DNA of 55,409 bases from Pseudomonadota bacterium (lineage in GTDB: Bacteria; Desulfobacterota; Desulfobacteria; Desulfobacterales; RPRI01): the NCBI GenBank assembly GCA_043825875.1, contig JBDRRF010000105.1, positions 1 through 55,409 of the forward strand, written 5' to 3'. Both the position numbers and the translations under genes were made by a program. Below the pieces are notes generated by a model. It did not search any database. It was not told the origin of the DNA and worked only from the letters and a program-made list of their open reading frames with translations. Below are positions 39,160 through 47,031 of this stretch, piece after piece; the first letter of the stretch is position 1; each line of letters starts with the position of its first letter.

Positions 39160-40919
39160 GCTGTTTCGCCGGCACCAAACTGCGTCTGATATAGTTTGTA
39201 ATATTCACCTTCTTTAGCCATGAGTTCTTCGTGTTTGCCTTCCTCCACAATACGACCGCCAATGATCACAACGATTCTGTTTGCATATCCTATTGTAGAC
39301 AACCTGTGCGCAATAATAAACGTGGTTCGGCCTTTCATCAGATTTTCAAGCGCTTTTTGAACCAATCTTTCAGATTCTGTATCAAGCGAAGAAGTTGCTT
39401 CATCTAAAATTAAAATGGGCGCATCTTTTATTAAAGCCCTTGCTATGCACATTCTCTGTTTCTCACCGCCTGAAAGCCGTGAACCAAGTTCACCAAGCGA
39501 AGTGTCAAACTGCTTGGGAAAACCCTGGATAAAATCATATGCATATGCTGCTTTAGAAGCCGATTCTATTTCCGTATCGGATGCATCCCAGCTGCCATAG
39601 GCAATATTGCTTCTAACTGTGTCATTAAAAAGTATTGGCTCCTGTGTTACTATAGCTATCTGGTTACGAAGAGATGATAGTGAAATTTTTCGGATATCAA
39701 TACCATTTATAGATATTGATCCTTCGGCAACATCGTAAAATCTTGGGATAAGGTTTACCAGAGAGGTTTTACCACCCCCGCTCATACCTACAAGCGCAAT
39801 TATTTCTCCGGGCTTAACATTCAGGTTGATATTTTTTAATACCAACTGGTCGTCATATTTGAAAGATACATTATCAAATACTACATTATGGGGTTTACGC
39901 TCCAGTTTAACCGGATTATCAATTTCTTTGATTTCAGTTTCTATTTCAATGATATCAAATATTCTGTCTGCAGCAGCCAAACCCTGTTGCAATTGATTGT
40001 TAAGCTTGCTTATTTTTTTTACCGGATCATACAACATAACAACAGCTGCAAGAAAAGAAACAAAAGTACCTGTTGTATACACTCCGGAAATAACCCTTGA
40101 TCCGCCATACCATATAACAAAAGATATTCCCATTCCTCCAAGAAACTCCATTACGGGAGAAGAAAGCGCTTCTGCTCTTGTTTCTTTCATTTCCAGTTTA
40201 AACAGTTTAAGCGTTTTATTCGCGAAACGTTTTTTTTCATAATTTTCCATTCCGAATGCTTTTACTATTTTATTTCCGGAAAATGTTTCATGAAGAAAAG
40301 AACTGATATCCGCTATTGATATATAGCGTTTTGAGCTTACCTTTCTGACTTTCTTACCTATATATACGATTGGATAAAATGCGAGCGGCAATACGATAAA
40401 AGCAAATAATGCAAGATCCCAGATCTGGTAAAATATTACAAAAACAAGACCTGCAATTGTAAAACAATCCTTAAACGAAGTTGTAACAAGAGAAGAAACC
40501 ATAGATCTTATTGTAGCCACATCATTTAAAACGCGGGACATTAATGTTCCGGTTGTTTCTTTGTGGAAAAAAGCAAGAGAAAGATCCTGTATATGATTAT
40601 ACAGGCGGTTACGCAAACTCATAATGATACCCTTACCTACCCTGCTCATAAGATATTCCTGCCCGTACATACCAAGACCACGTGCAAAATATACTATAAT
40701 AACTGCAATAGGAATTAGTTTAAGCATACGTAAATCTTTATTGATAAAGACATCATCCAATGCCGGCTTTATTAAATATGCCGAAGCTGCAGTACTGCCT
40801 GCTACCACTAAAAGACAGAGTGATGCCAATAAAAGCGTAAACCAGCTTTCTTTAACAAGTTTTAATATTTCAATATGTCTTGATTTGATATTAATTTTAA
40901 ATATTTTTTTATTGCTCAT
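39156..40919 (-). CDS. msbA: lipid A export ABC transporter
   Basis: TMD + NBD; GMSGGGKT, LSGGEKQR, LDEATSSLD; directly after lpxB. Confidence 0.9.
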   Translation of the reverse strand: MSNKKIFKINIKSRHIEILKLVKESWFTLLLASLCLLVVAGSTAASAYLIKPALDDVFINKDLRMLKLIPIAVIIVYFARGLGMYGQEYLMSRVGKGIIMSLRNRLYNHIQDLSLAFFHKETTGTLMSRVLNDVATIRSMVSSLVTTSFKDCFTIAGLVFVIFYQIWDLALFAFIVLPLAFYPIVYIGKKVRKVSSKRYISIADISSFLHETFSGNKIVKAFGMENYEKKRFANKTLKLFKLEMKETRAEALSSPVMEFLGGMGISFVIWYGGSRVISGVYTTGTFVSFLAAVVMLYDPVKKISKLNNQLQQGLAAADRIFDIIEIETEIKEIDNPVKLERKPHNVVFDNVSFKYDDQLVLKNINLNVKPGEIIALVGMSGGGKTSLVNLIPRFYDVAEGSISINGIDIRKISLSSLRNQIAIVTQEPILFNDTVRSNIAYGSWDASDTEIESASKAAYAYDFIQGFPKQFDTSLGELGSRLSGGEKQRMCIARALIKDAPILILDEATSSLDTESERLVQKALENLMKGRTTFIIAHRLSTIGYANRIVVIIGGRIVEEGKHEELMAKEGEYYKLYQTQFGAGETA

Positions 40920-42071
40920 TTATATTGACCCTTGTTTTGATAATTGCAGCATTGATAAAGCTATATCAGCCACTCGCCCTGAAGCCCCGGCGCCTCCAAG
41001 TATATCTCTGATGCCGATAAGTTCGTTTCTCATTTTTTTAAGTTCATCAGGATTATTAAGCATGCTCAATGCTTCTTTCGCAATGTTTTCGGCAGTTGCA
41101 TCATTTTGTATCAATTCAGGAACCAGCTGTTTTTCTGCAATAAGATTAACAAGACAAATATTTGAAACCTTAATAAGAGCTTTTCCAAACAGATAGCTAA
41201 CAGGAGAAACCTTGTAAATTATTATCATGGGAACAGCTGCAAGAGCTGCCTCAAGTGTGACTGTTCCGGAAGCTGCAATAATAAGTGAGCAGTTTTTAAA
41301 AATTTTTTCGGTTCCTTGTAAAATAATATTTTGGTCAAAAAACCCTTGCTCCTTTATTATTTTTTCAACATATTGCCTTTCAACCGTGGGCGCAAGAGAA
41401 ACGGTTATTTCAACATTTTGCATTCTTTGCTTAATCAATGAAGCAGCCTCAAGCATTACGGGCAAGTGTTTTGCAATCTCCCTGTCGCGTGAGCCTGGCA
41501 GAAGGCCTATTGATATTATATCTGTATTGTCATTGTATTCAGAAGTAACTACTTCTCCATCTAACAATGGATGCCCTACATATGTTACCGGAATAGCGTG
41601 TTTTATGAAAAAGTCTTTCTCGAAAGGAAGTATTACAGCCAGATGATTTACAAGCTTCTTTAATTTCTTCACCCGGCCCTGTCTCCATGCCCAAACCTGC
41701 GGGCTGATATAATACAAAACAGGTATGCCAAGTTTTTTCGCAGCAGCAGCAATTTTAAGATTAAAATCCGGAAAATCAATTAATATGAGAAGATCGGGTT
41801 TTAATTCTTTAAGAGCTTTTTTTGCATCGGCTATGGCTTTAATAAGAGAAAATATCTTGGATATAACTTCGGTTATTCCAACTACAGATAGGGTTGAGGC
41901 ATCCCTGATAATTTTAACCCCATTTTCTTTTAGTAAATTCCCTCCGATACCAAAAAAAAACAATCCCGGATTGTTTTCCTTCATTGCTTTTACGAGTCGG
42001 GAACCGTGAATATCACCGGATGCTTCTCCTGCAATTATCATAACACTTTTCTCGTAAAAGGATTGACTCAT
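40920..42071 (-). CDS. lpxB: lipid-A-disaccharide synthase
   Basis: AGEASGD, IDFPDFN, SPQVWAWR, VGHPL, LLPGSR, ASGTVTLE. Confidence 0.97.
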   Translation of the reverse strand: MSQSFYEKSVMIIAGEASGDIHGSRLVKAMKENNPGLFFFGIGGNLLKENGVKIIRDASTLSVVGITEVISKIFSLIKAIADAKKALKELKPDLLILIDFPDFNLKIAAAAKKLGIPVLYYISPQVWAWRQGRVKKLKKLVNHLAVILPFEKDFFIKHAIPVTYVGHPLLDGEVVTSEYNDNTDIISIGLLPGSRDREIAKHLPVMLEAASLIKQRMQNVEITVSLAPTVERQYVEKIIKEQGFFDQNIILQGTEKIFKNCSLIIAASGTVTLEAALAAVPMIIIYKVSPVSYLFGKALIKVSNICLVNLIAEKQLVPELIQNDATAENIAKEALSMLNNPDELKKMRNELIGIRDILGGAGASGRVADIALSMLQLSKQGSI

Positions 42072-42075
42072 AGAA

Positions 42076-43035
42076 TTATTGGTCTATTAATTGTTTTTTT
42101 AAATGATCGATTTGCTCCATTATACTTAGCGCAACCTTTAAGGCATTGCGTCCGATCTGTCCTGTAACCTCAGGCTCCTGTCTACTGCTCACAGACTTAA
42201 CAAAAGCCGCCAGCTCGTCTTTTAATGCATCGCCTTTTGCAAAACAAAGATTTTTTATCTCCATACCCGGAATAATGCTCTTTACTTCATCATTGTTTTT
42301 ACGAACGATATTTATTTCATGGTTTGCAAAATCAACCGATATATATGCATCACGCTGAAATAATCTTGTTTTCCGTTCGTCCTTGGTAGAAATTCTGCTT
42401 GCTGTAACATTTGCTACACATCCGTTTTCAAATTCTATCCTGGTGTTTGCAATGTCAACCTGATTTGTTATAATGGGTGTTCCGGCGGCATGAAAATTTT
42501 TTATTTCCGATTTTACAAGGCTTGCTATAATATCTATATCATGAATCATAAGGTCAAGCACAACACTCACATCAGTTCCGCGGCCCTTGAAAGTACTAAG
42601 GCGATGCGATTCAATAAATCTGGGATTGTTGACTATATCCTTAAGCGCAAGAACGGCAGGATTAAAACGCTCCAAATGTCCAACCTGTATAATAAGACCT
42701 CTGTTTTCAGAAATACTTATCAGCTCATCTGCTTCTTTTATCGTTGTTGTGATGGGTTTTTCAATAAGGACGTCAACATCATTTTCCAAAAAATCTTTGC
42801 TTATTGAAAAATGTGCATGCGTGGGGACTACAATACTCACAGCATCCACTTTACCGATTAGATCACGATAATTTTTGTAAGCTTTTGTACTTACACCATT
42901 AGCAATTTTTTCGGCCTGCCGTTTATCAATATCAACTACTCCCACAAGCTCGACATCGCTCATCTGAAAATATTTTTCCGCATGAAATTTTCCAAGATAA
43001 CCGGTGCCTACAACACCTACCCGCACTTTTTTCAT
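42076..43035 (-). CDS. Gfo/Idh/MocA oxidoreductase, probable UDP-GlcNAc 3-dehydrogenase (GnnA-like)
   Basis: GVVGTGYLG, IEKP, VGHLERFNP, DLMIHDID, TASR; lies between lpxA/lpxI and lpxB. Confidence 0.85.
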   Translation of the reverse strand: MKKVRVGVVGTGYLGKFHAEKYFQMSDVELVGVVDIDKRQAEKIANGVSTKAYKNYRDLIGKVDAVSIVVPTHAHFSISKDFLENDVDVLIEKPITTTIKEADELISISENRGLIIQVGHLERFNPAVLALKDIVNNPRFIESHRLSTFKGRGTDVSVVLDLMIHDIDIIASLVKSEIKNFHAAGTPIITNQVDIANTRIEFENGCVANVTASRISTKDERKTRLFQRDAYISVDFANHEINIVRKNNDEVKSIIPGMEIKNLCFAKGDALKDELAAFVKSVSSRQEPEVTGQIGRNALKVALSIMEQIDHLKKQLIDQ

Positions 43036-43069
43036 TTAACCTTCCATACACAAAATCAAGAATATTTTC

Positions 43070-43897
43070 TTATACCAAAACGGCTACTATACTTATCCCA
43101 TATTTGTCGGCAAGCATGATCATTTCCTGTCTATCAAACACAACAGCTTTTTGTGCTTCCATCGCAAGAGATTTAACACCTGATTCATGCATTGTTTTTA
43201 TAGTCTGAATGCCAACAGCAGGCATATCAAATCTTGTATCCTGACCCGGTTTGCATACTTTTACAATAACAGCATCACCGTTTCCAAGTTTTCCGCCTCT
43301 TTTTATTGTGGCATCCGTGCCATCAATAGCCTCAACGGCAAGAACCGACCCTCCGCAAACAATAACGCATTGGCCGATATCAAGACGACCTATTTCTTTT
43401 GCGATATGAAATCCTATTTCAATATCTGCTTTTTCGGTTTTTGTCGGCTTTCGCTTTGTCCAACAACCTTCCTGCGCCAGAAGATCAGGAAGTAAAAATG
43501 TGGACGATTTAATGATGATGCCTTCTTTTTCAAGCATCCCGGCAAAAGCGCTTAACAACCCGTCATCATGCGTGCTTTTCATTCGGGCCATAAATGCTAT
43601 AGCTTTAATATCCGGCCTTACATCGGAAAACATTCTTGTTTTTTTTATTGCACCAAGCATTACTGCTTCTTTTACTTCATTTTTTTTAAAGAAATTGATC
43701 AGTCTTTTCACCTGGCCAAGATGCAACAACTCGATTTTTTCAACATGTTCTTTAAGTACTTCATCCGCCTCATTTATAAAAGCTGCTGCATATACTAAAA
43801 AACCTTTTTCCTTAGCTATTTTTGAAAAAATTATGGGGAACTGGCCGCTCCCCGCAATAAGTCCAATCTTTTTTTCAATCAGTCTATCCACTATCAA
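43070..43897 (-). CDS. lpxI: UDP-2,3-diacylglucosamine diphosphatase LpxI
   Basis: GLIAGSGQFP, LDIGQ, AVEAIDGTD, KPGQDTRFDMPAVG. Confidence 0.95.
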   Translation of the reverse strand: MIVDRLIEKKIGLIAGSGQFPIIFSKIAKEKGFLVYAAAFINEADEVLKEHVEKIELLHLGQVKRLINFFKKNEVKEAVMLGAIKKTRMFSDVRPDIKAIAFMARMKSTHDDGLLSAFAGMLEKEGIIIKSSTFLLPDLLAQEGCWTKRKPTKTEKADIEIGFHIAKEIGRLDIGQCVIVCGGSVLAVEAIDGTDATIKRGGKLGNGDAVIVKVCKPGQDTRFDMPAVGIQTIKTMHESGVKSLAMEAQKAVVFDRQEMIMLADKYGISIVAVLV

Positions 43898-43912
43898 TCC
43901 TGATGCTATATA

Positions 43913-44683
43913 TTATCTTGAAACTCCCCGCTGGGAATCCATTACAAAATTAATGAAATTAACAACCTCAGGGACCTGCTCAACTTCAGCTTTGACTCTT
44001 TCAACAGCCTGATTTACCGTAAGACCGATTCGAAAAATTATTCTATACGTTTTTTTCAACAAAGATATTGTTTTGGGTGAAAACCCATGACGTTTTAAGC
44101 CAACAGTGTTTAAACCATGTAACTCAACTCTCTGACCAGCTGCAATAACATATGGAGGTACATCCTTCACTACTGCCGATAATCCGCTGATAAAAGCGTA
44201 TTCTCCAACTCTGACAAATTGATGTATCGCAGATAGACCGCCTATTGTAGCATTATCTCCAATGGTTATATGCCCTGCAAGAGTTGCGTTATTTGCCATT
44301 ATAACCCTGCGCCCTGTCTTACAGTCATGTGCTATATGGGTGTAAGCCATTAAAAAGTTTTCTTCTCCAACCTCCGTAATGCCGCCGCCAAACTCGGTCC
44401 CTCTGTGAATTGTAACAAACTCTCTGATTATCGAGCCGGTACCTATTTTAACATATGTTTTTTCATCTTTAAATTTAAGCGATTGCGGCACAGCTCCAAT
44501 TGCCGCATACTGATATATTTGACAGTTTCGGCCAATCTCCACAAAAGGTTCTATTACAACATGGGGGCCTATCACTGTACCGGAACCTATAAAAACATTA
44601 TCTCCGATTATTGAATACGGGCCTATGTTAACATTTGAATCTATTTCAGCGCCCGGATTTACAATAGCAGTTTCATGAATCAT
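43913..44683 (-). CDS. lpxA: acyl-ACP--UDP-N-acetylglucosamine O-acyltransferase
   Basis: Hexapeptide repeats, IREFVTIHRGT, HIAHDC, LAGH, HQF. Confidence 0.97.
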   Translation of the reverse strand: MIHETAIVNPGAEIDSNVNIGPYSIIGDNVFIGSGTVIGPHVVIEPFVEIGRNCQIYQYAAIGAVPQSLKFKDEKTYVKIGTGSIIREFVTIHRGTEFGGGITEVGEENFLMAYTHIAHDCKTGRRVIMANNATLAGHITIGDNATIGGLSAIHQFVRVGEYAFISGLSAVVKDVPPYVIAAGQRVELHGLNTVGLKRHGFSPKTISLLKKTYRIIFRIGLTVNQAVERVKAEVEQVPEVVNFINFVMDSQRGVSR

Positions 44684-45138
44684 ATTTTTTCTCCAAAAGC
44701 GGCCATCAACTCGGCTTCAGCTACACATTTACCATCAACTTTTGCCACACCGGCTATTTTTGCAACTTTAGTTCTCATATTTAAAATCTTTATATCAAAA
44801 ATAATTTGATCCCCCGGAACAACCGGTTTTCTGAATCTGACTTTGTCCATTCCCATAAAATAAATAGGCTCCCCATATTTTTTTTCGGGCTTGGAGGCAA
44901 CAAACAATACTCCTCCGGCTTGCGCCATAGCTTCTATAATAAGGACTCCGGGCATAATGGGAATTCCCGGGAAATGCCCTTGAAAAAAATGTTCATTAAT
45001 CGTAACATTTTTCAAAGCAACGATCTTCTCTCCGGCAACAAGCTCAACGACTCTGTCAATCAAAATAAACGGGTACCTGTGAGGCAATATTTTCATTATT
45101 TCCGTCACATCAAGAATCTTATCCATTTTCTTCTCCAT
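44680..45138 (-). CDS. fabZ: 3-hydroxyacyl-ACP dehydratase
   Basis: LPHRYPF, FFQGHFP, MPGVLIIEAMAQ, FRKPVVPGD. Confidence 0.97.
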   Translation of the reverse strand: MEKKMDKILDVTEIMKILPHRYPFILIDRVVELVAGEKIVALKNVTINEHFFQGHFPGIPIMPGVLIIEAMAQAGGVLFVASKPEKKYGEPIYFMGMDKVRFRKPVVPGDQIIFDIKILNMRTKVAKIAGVAKVDGKCVAEAELMAAFGEKI

Positions 45139-45166
45139 AATTTACAGCACTTTATTTCCGGCTTAC

Positions 45167-46201
45167 TTATTCATCTTCTTTTTTTTCAATTTTGTTCAAT
45201 CGCTTTTCAATATCAATAAGCTTATTTCTCATCTCGGGAAGTCTGGGAATAACACTTTGTACTTTTCGCCATAATTTATGAGGCATTGCAGGCGCGCCTG
45301 TCACAATTTCTCCGTTTTTAACGGATTTAATAACACCGGATTTAGGGGCAACGATTACATTATCCCCTATAACCAGATGATCGGAAATCACCGCCTGACC
45401 GGCTATGATTGAATGCTTTCCTATTGATGTACTTCCGCCAATAACTGCTTGAGCTATAAGTAAAGTATCTTCTCCAACTGTAACATTATGTGCGATATGA
45501 ACCAGATTATCCGTTTTTACTCCTCGGCATATCCATGTTTTGCCAAAAGTAGCTCGGTCTATAGTATTGCCTGCCCCAATCTCAACATCATCATCTATCT
45601 GCACAATACCCGTATGAGGAATTTTATAATGTATTTTGCCGTCCGAAGAATAACCAAATCCGTCACTTCCGATAACAGAACCTGCGTGAATTATTACTCT
45701 GTTTCCAATTTTATTACGCTCGAGAACAGATACATTGGAATAAATCTTAACATCATCTCCGATAACCACACCATCGCCAATATAAGTACAAGGATAAATT
45801 GAGACCCGGTCACCTAAAACCACATTATTACCAATCACCGCATTCGGAGCTATTGAAACATCATTGCCGCACTTAAAACCTTCTCCAACATGGGCAGATG
45901 AACTGATCCCATATTCCGGCATGGAAGGGGGGTAAAATATATTTAATACTTTTATAAATGCAATATGCGGCTGCTCAACCTGTATGAGGTTTTTCGAAGG
46001 TTCTTTATATCCATGCGGTACAATAACTGCTCCTGCACTACTTTCCTTTATTACATTTAAAAACCTGGCAGCTCCTGCAAAAGTTATATCATTTTCTTTT
46101 GCATCTTCAAAAGGCGCCGCTTTATATATTATTTTCTTTGCGTCGCCAACAACTTTACCTTCAATCATTTCAGCAAGTTCGGCAAGTGATATTTTCATCA
46201 T
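45167..46201 (-). CDS. lpxD: UDP-3-O-acylglucosamine N-acyltransferase
   Basis: Hexapeptide repeats, GSDGFGY, IDRAT, DNLVHIAHNV; start at MMKISL because the longer N-terminus is MITE-derived. Confidence 0.96.
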   Translation of the reverse strand: MMKISLAELAEMIEGKVVGDAKKIIYKAAPFEDAKENDITFAGAARFLNVIKESSAGAVIVPHGYKEPSKNLIQVEQPHIAFIKVLNIFYPPSMPEYGISSSAHVGEGFKCGNDVSIAPNAVIGNNVVLGDRVSIYPCTYIGDGVVIGDDVKIYSNVSVLERNKIGNRVIIHAGSVIGSDGFGYSSDGKIHYKIPHTGIVQIDDDVEIGAGNTIDRATFGKTWICRGVKTDNLVHIAHNVTVGEDTLLIAQAVIGGSTSIGKHSIIAGQAVISDHLVIGDNVIVAPKSGVIKSVKNGEIVTGAPAMPHKLWRKVQSVIPRLPEMRNKLIDIEKRLNKIEKKEDE

Positions 46202-46229
46202 GGCAAACCTTATATACAATCTATCAAAT

Positions 46230-46371
46230 GAGCCACTTTCAAAACATTTCAGTTTGGTCAAGCTCAAGGCGGGCGAAAATTTCAACCACAGGAATACATT
46301 TAGTATTTCGAGGATTGAAATTTGAGCCCAACGCAGAGATCGGCCAAAATGGGGCGTTTTGAAACTGGCTC
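46230..46371. mobile_element. MITE copy 3 (142 bp), 4-bp TSD AAAT
   Basis: Same TIRs; AAAT at 46226-46229 and 46372-46375. Confidence 0.9.
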
Positions 46372-46385
46372 AAATACATAATGCA

Positions 46386-46419
46386 TCTGTAAGGGCGTAT
46401 TGCAATACGCCCCTACAGA
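46386..46419. repeat. GTAG-type REP palindrome
   Basis: TCTGTAAGGGCGTATTGCAATACGCCCCTACAGA; - strand reads GTAGGGGCGTATTGCAATACGCCC. Confidence 0.75.
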
Positions 46420-46449
46420 CGTCCTATACCCGAATGTCCGGGTTTATTT

Positions 46450-46986
46450 TTACTTTCCGGATTTAGGTGCCGATTTTGCGTTTAATTTCTGTATAACTTT
46501 ATCTGTAATATCAATAGACGGCGGCGAATAAAATACTGCATTTTTTTCAATAATAATTTGATATTTTTCTTTTTTGCATATTTCATCTACAAAAAGATCA
46601 ACCTCTTGTTTCAAACTTACAAAAAAATCATTTTGCAGCTTTTGAATATCAGCTTTATATTGGTTTTGGAGAATCATAAATTTCTCATATTTTTTTCTTA
46701 ATTCAAGCTGTTTCTCTTCCATTACGTCTTTCTTTGTAACCATTGCATTTTTTTCATACTGCTTTTTAAGTTCTTCGAGTTCAGCTCCTTTTTTTTTAAG
46801 GTCTACCTCCATCATTTCTCCCTGTTTTTTAATTTCAGCCCGGCCGGATATCCCTGTATTTGATTCCTCAAGGATTTTCCTGAAATCTACAACTCCAATT
46901 TTAGCAGCATCTGCTGCATAGGCATAAATTCCGAGCATAAAAAAAAGTGCTGCACCCACCAAAACAGTTTTGTTAAATAAACGCAT
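46450..46986 (-). CDS. skp: OmpH/Skp periplasmic chaperone
   Basis: Signal peptide, KIGVVD, coiled coil, DITDKVI; between bamA and lpxD. Confidence 0.93.
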   Translation of the reverse strand: MRLFNKTVLVGAALFFMLGIYAYAADAAKIGVVDFRKILEESNTGISGRAEIKKQGEMMEVDLKKKGAELEELKKQYEKNAMVTKKDVMEEKQLELRKKYEKFMILQNQYKADIQKLQNDFFVSLKQEVDLFVDEICKKEKYQIIIEKNAVFYSPPSIDITDKVIQKLNAKSAPKSGK

Positions 46987-47031
46987 TATACCCCCTCTTA
47001 AATTATAAATATTTACTTTTTACAAATACAG

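Noticed and set aside
40624..44012. Long + strand ORFs (190, 139, 170 aa) and similar short ORFs throughout the window
   Set aside because: Antisense shadows of well-supported housekeeping genes
46202..46285. Extended LpxD N-terminus MKFSPALSLTKLKCFESGS
   Set aside because: Mostly translated from MITE copy 3; the LpxD-like sequence starts at MMKISL (46201)
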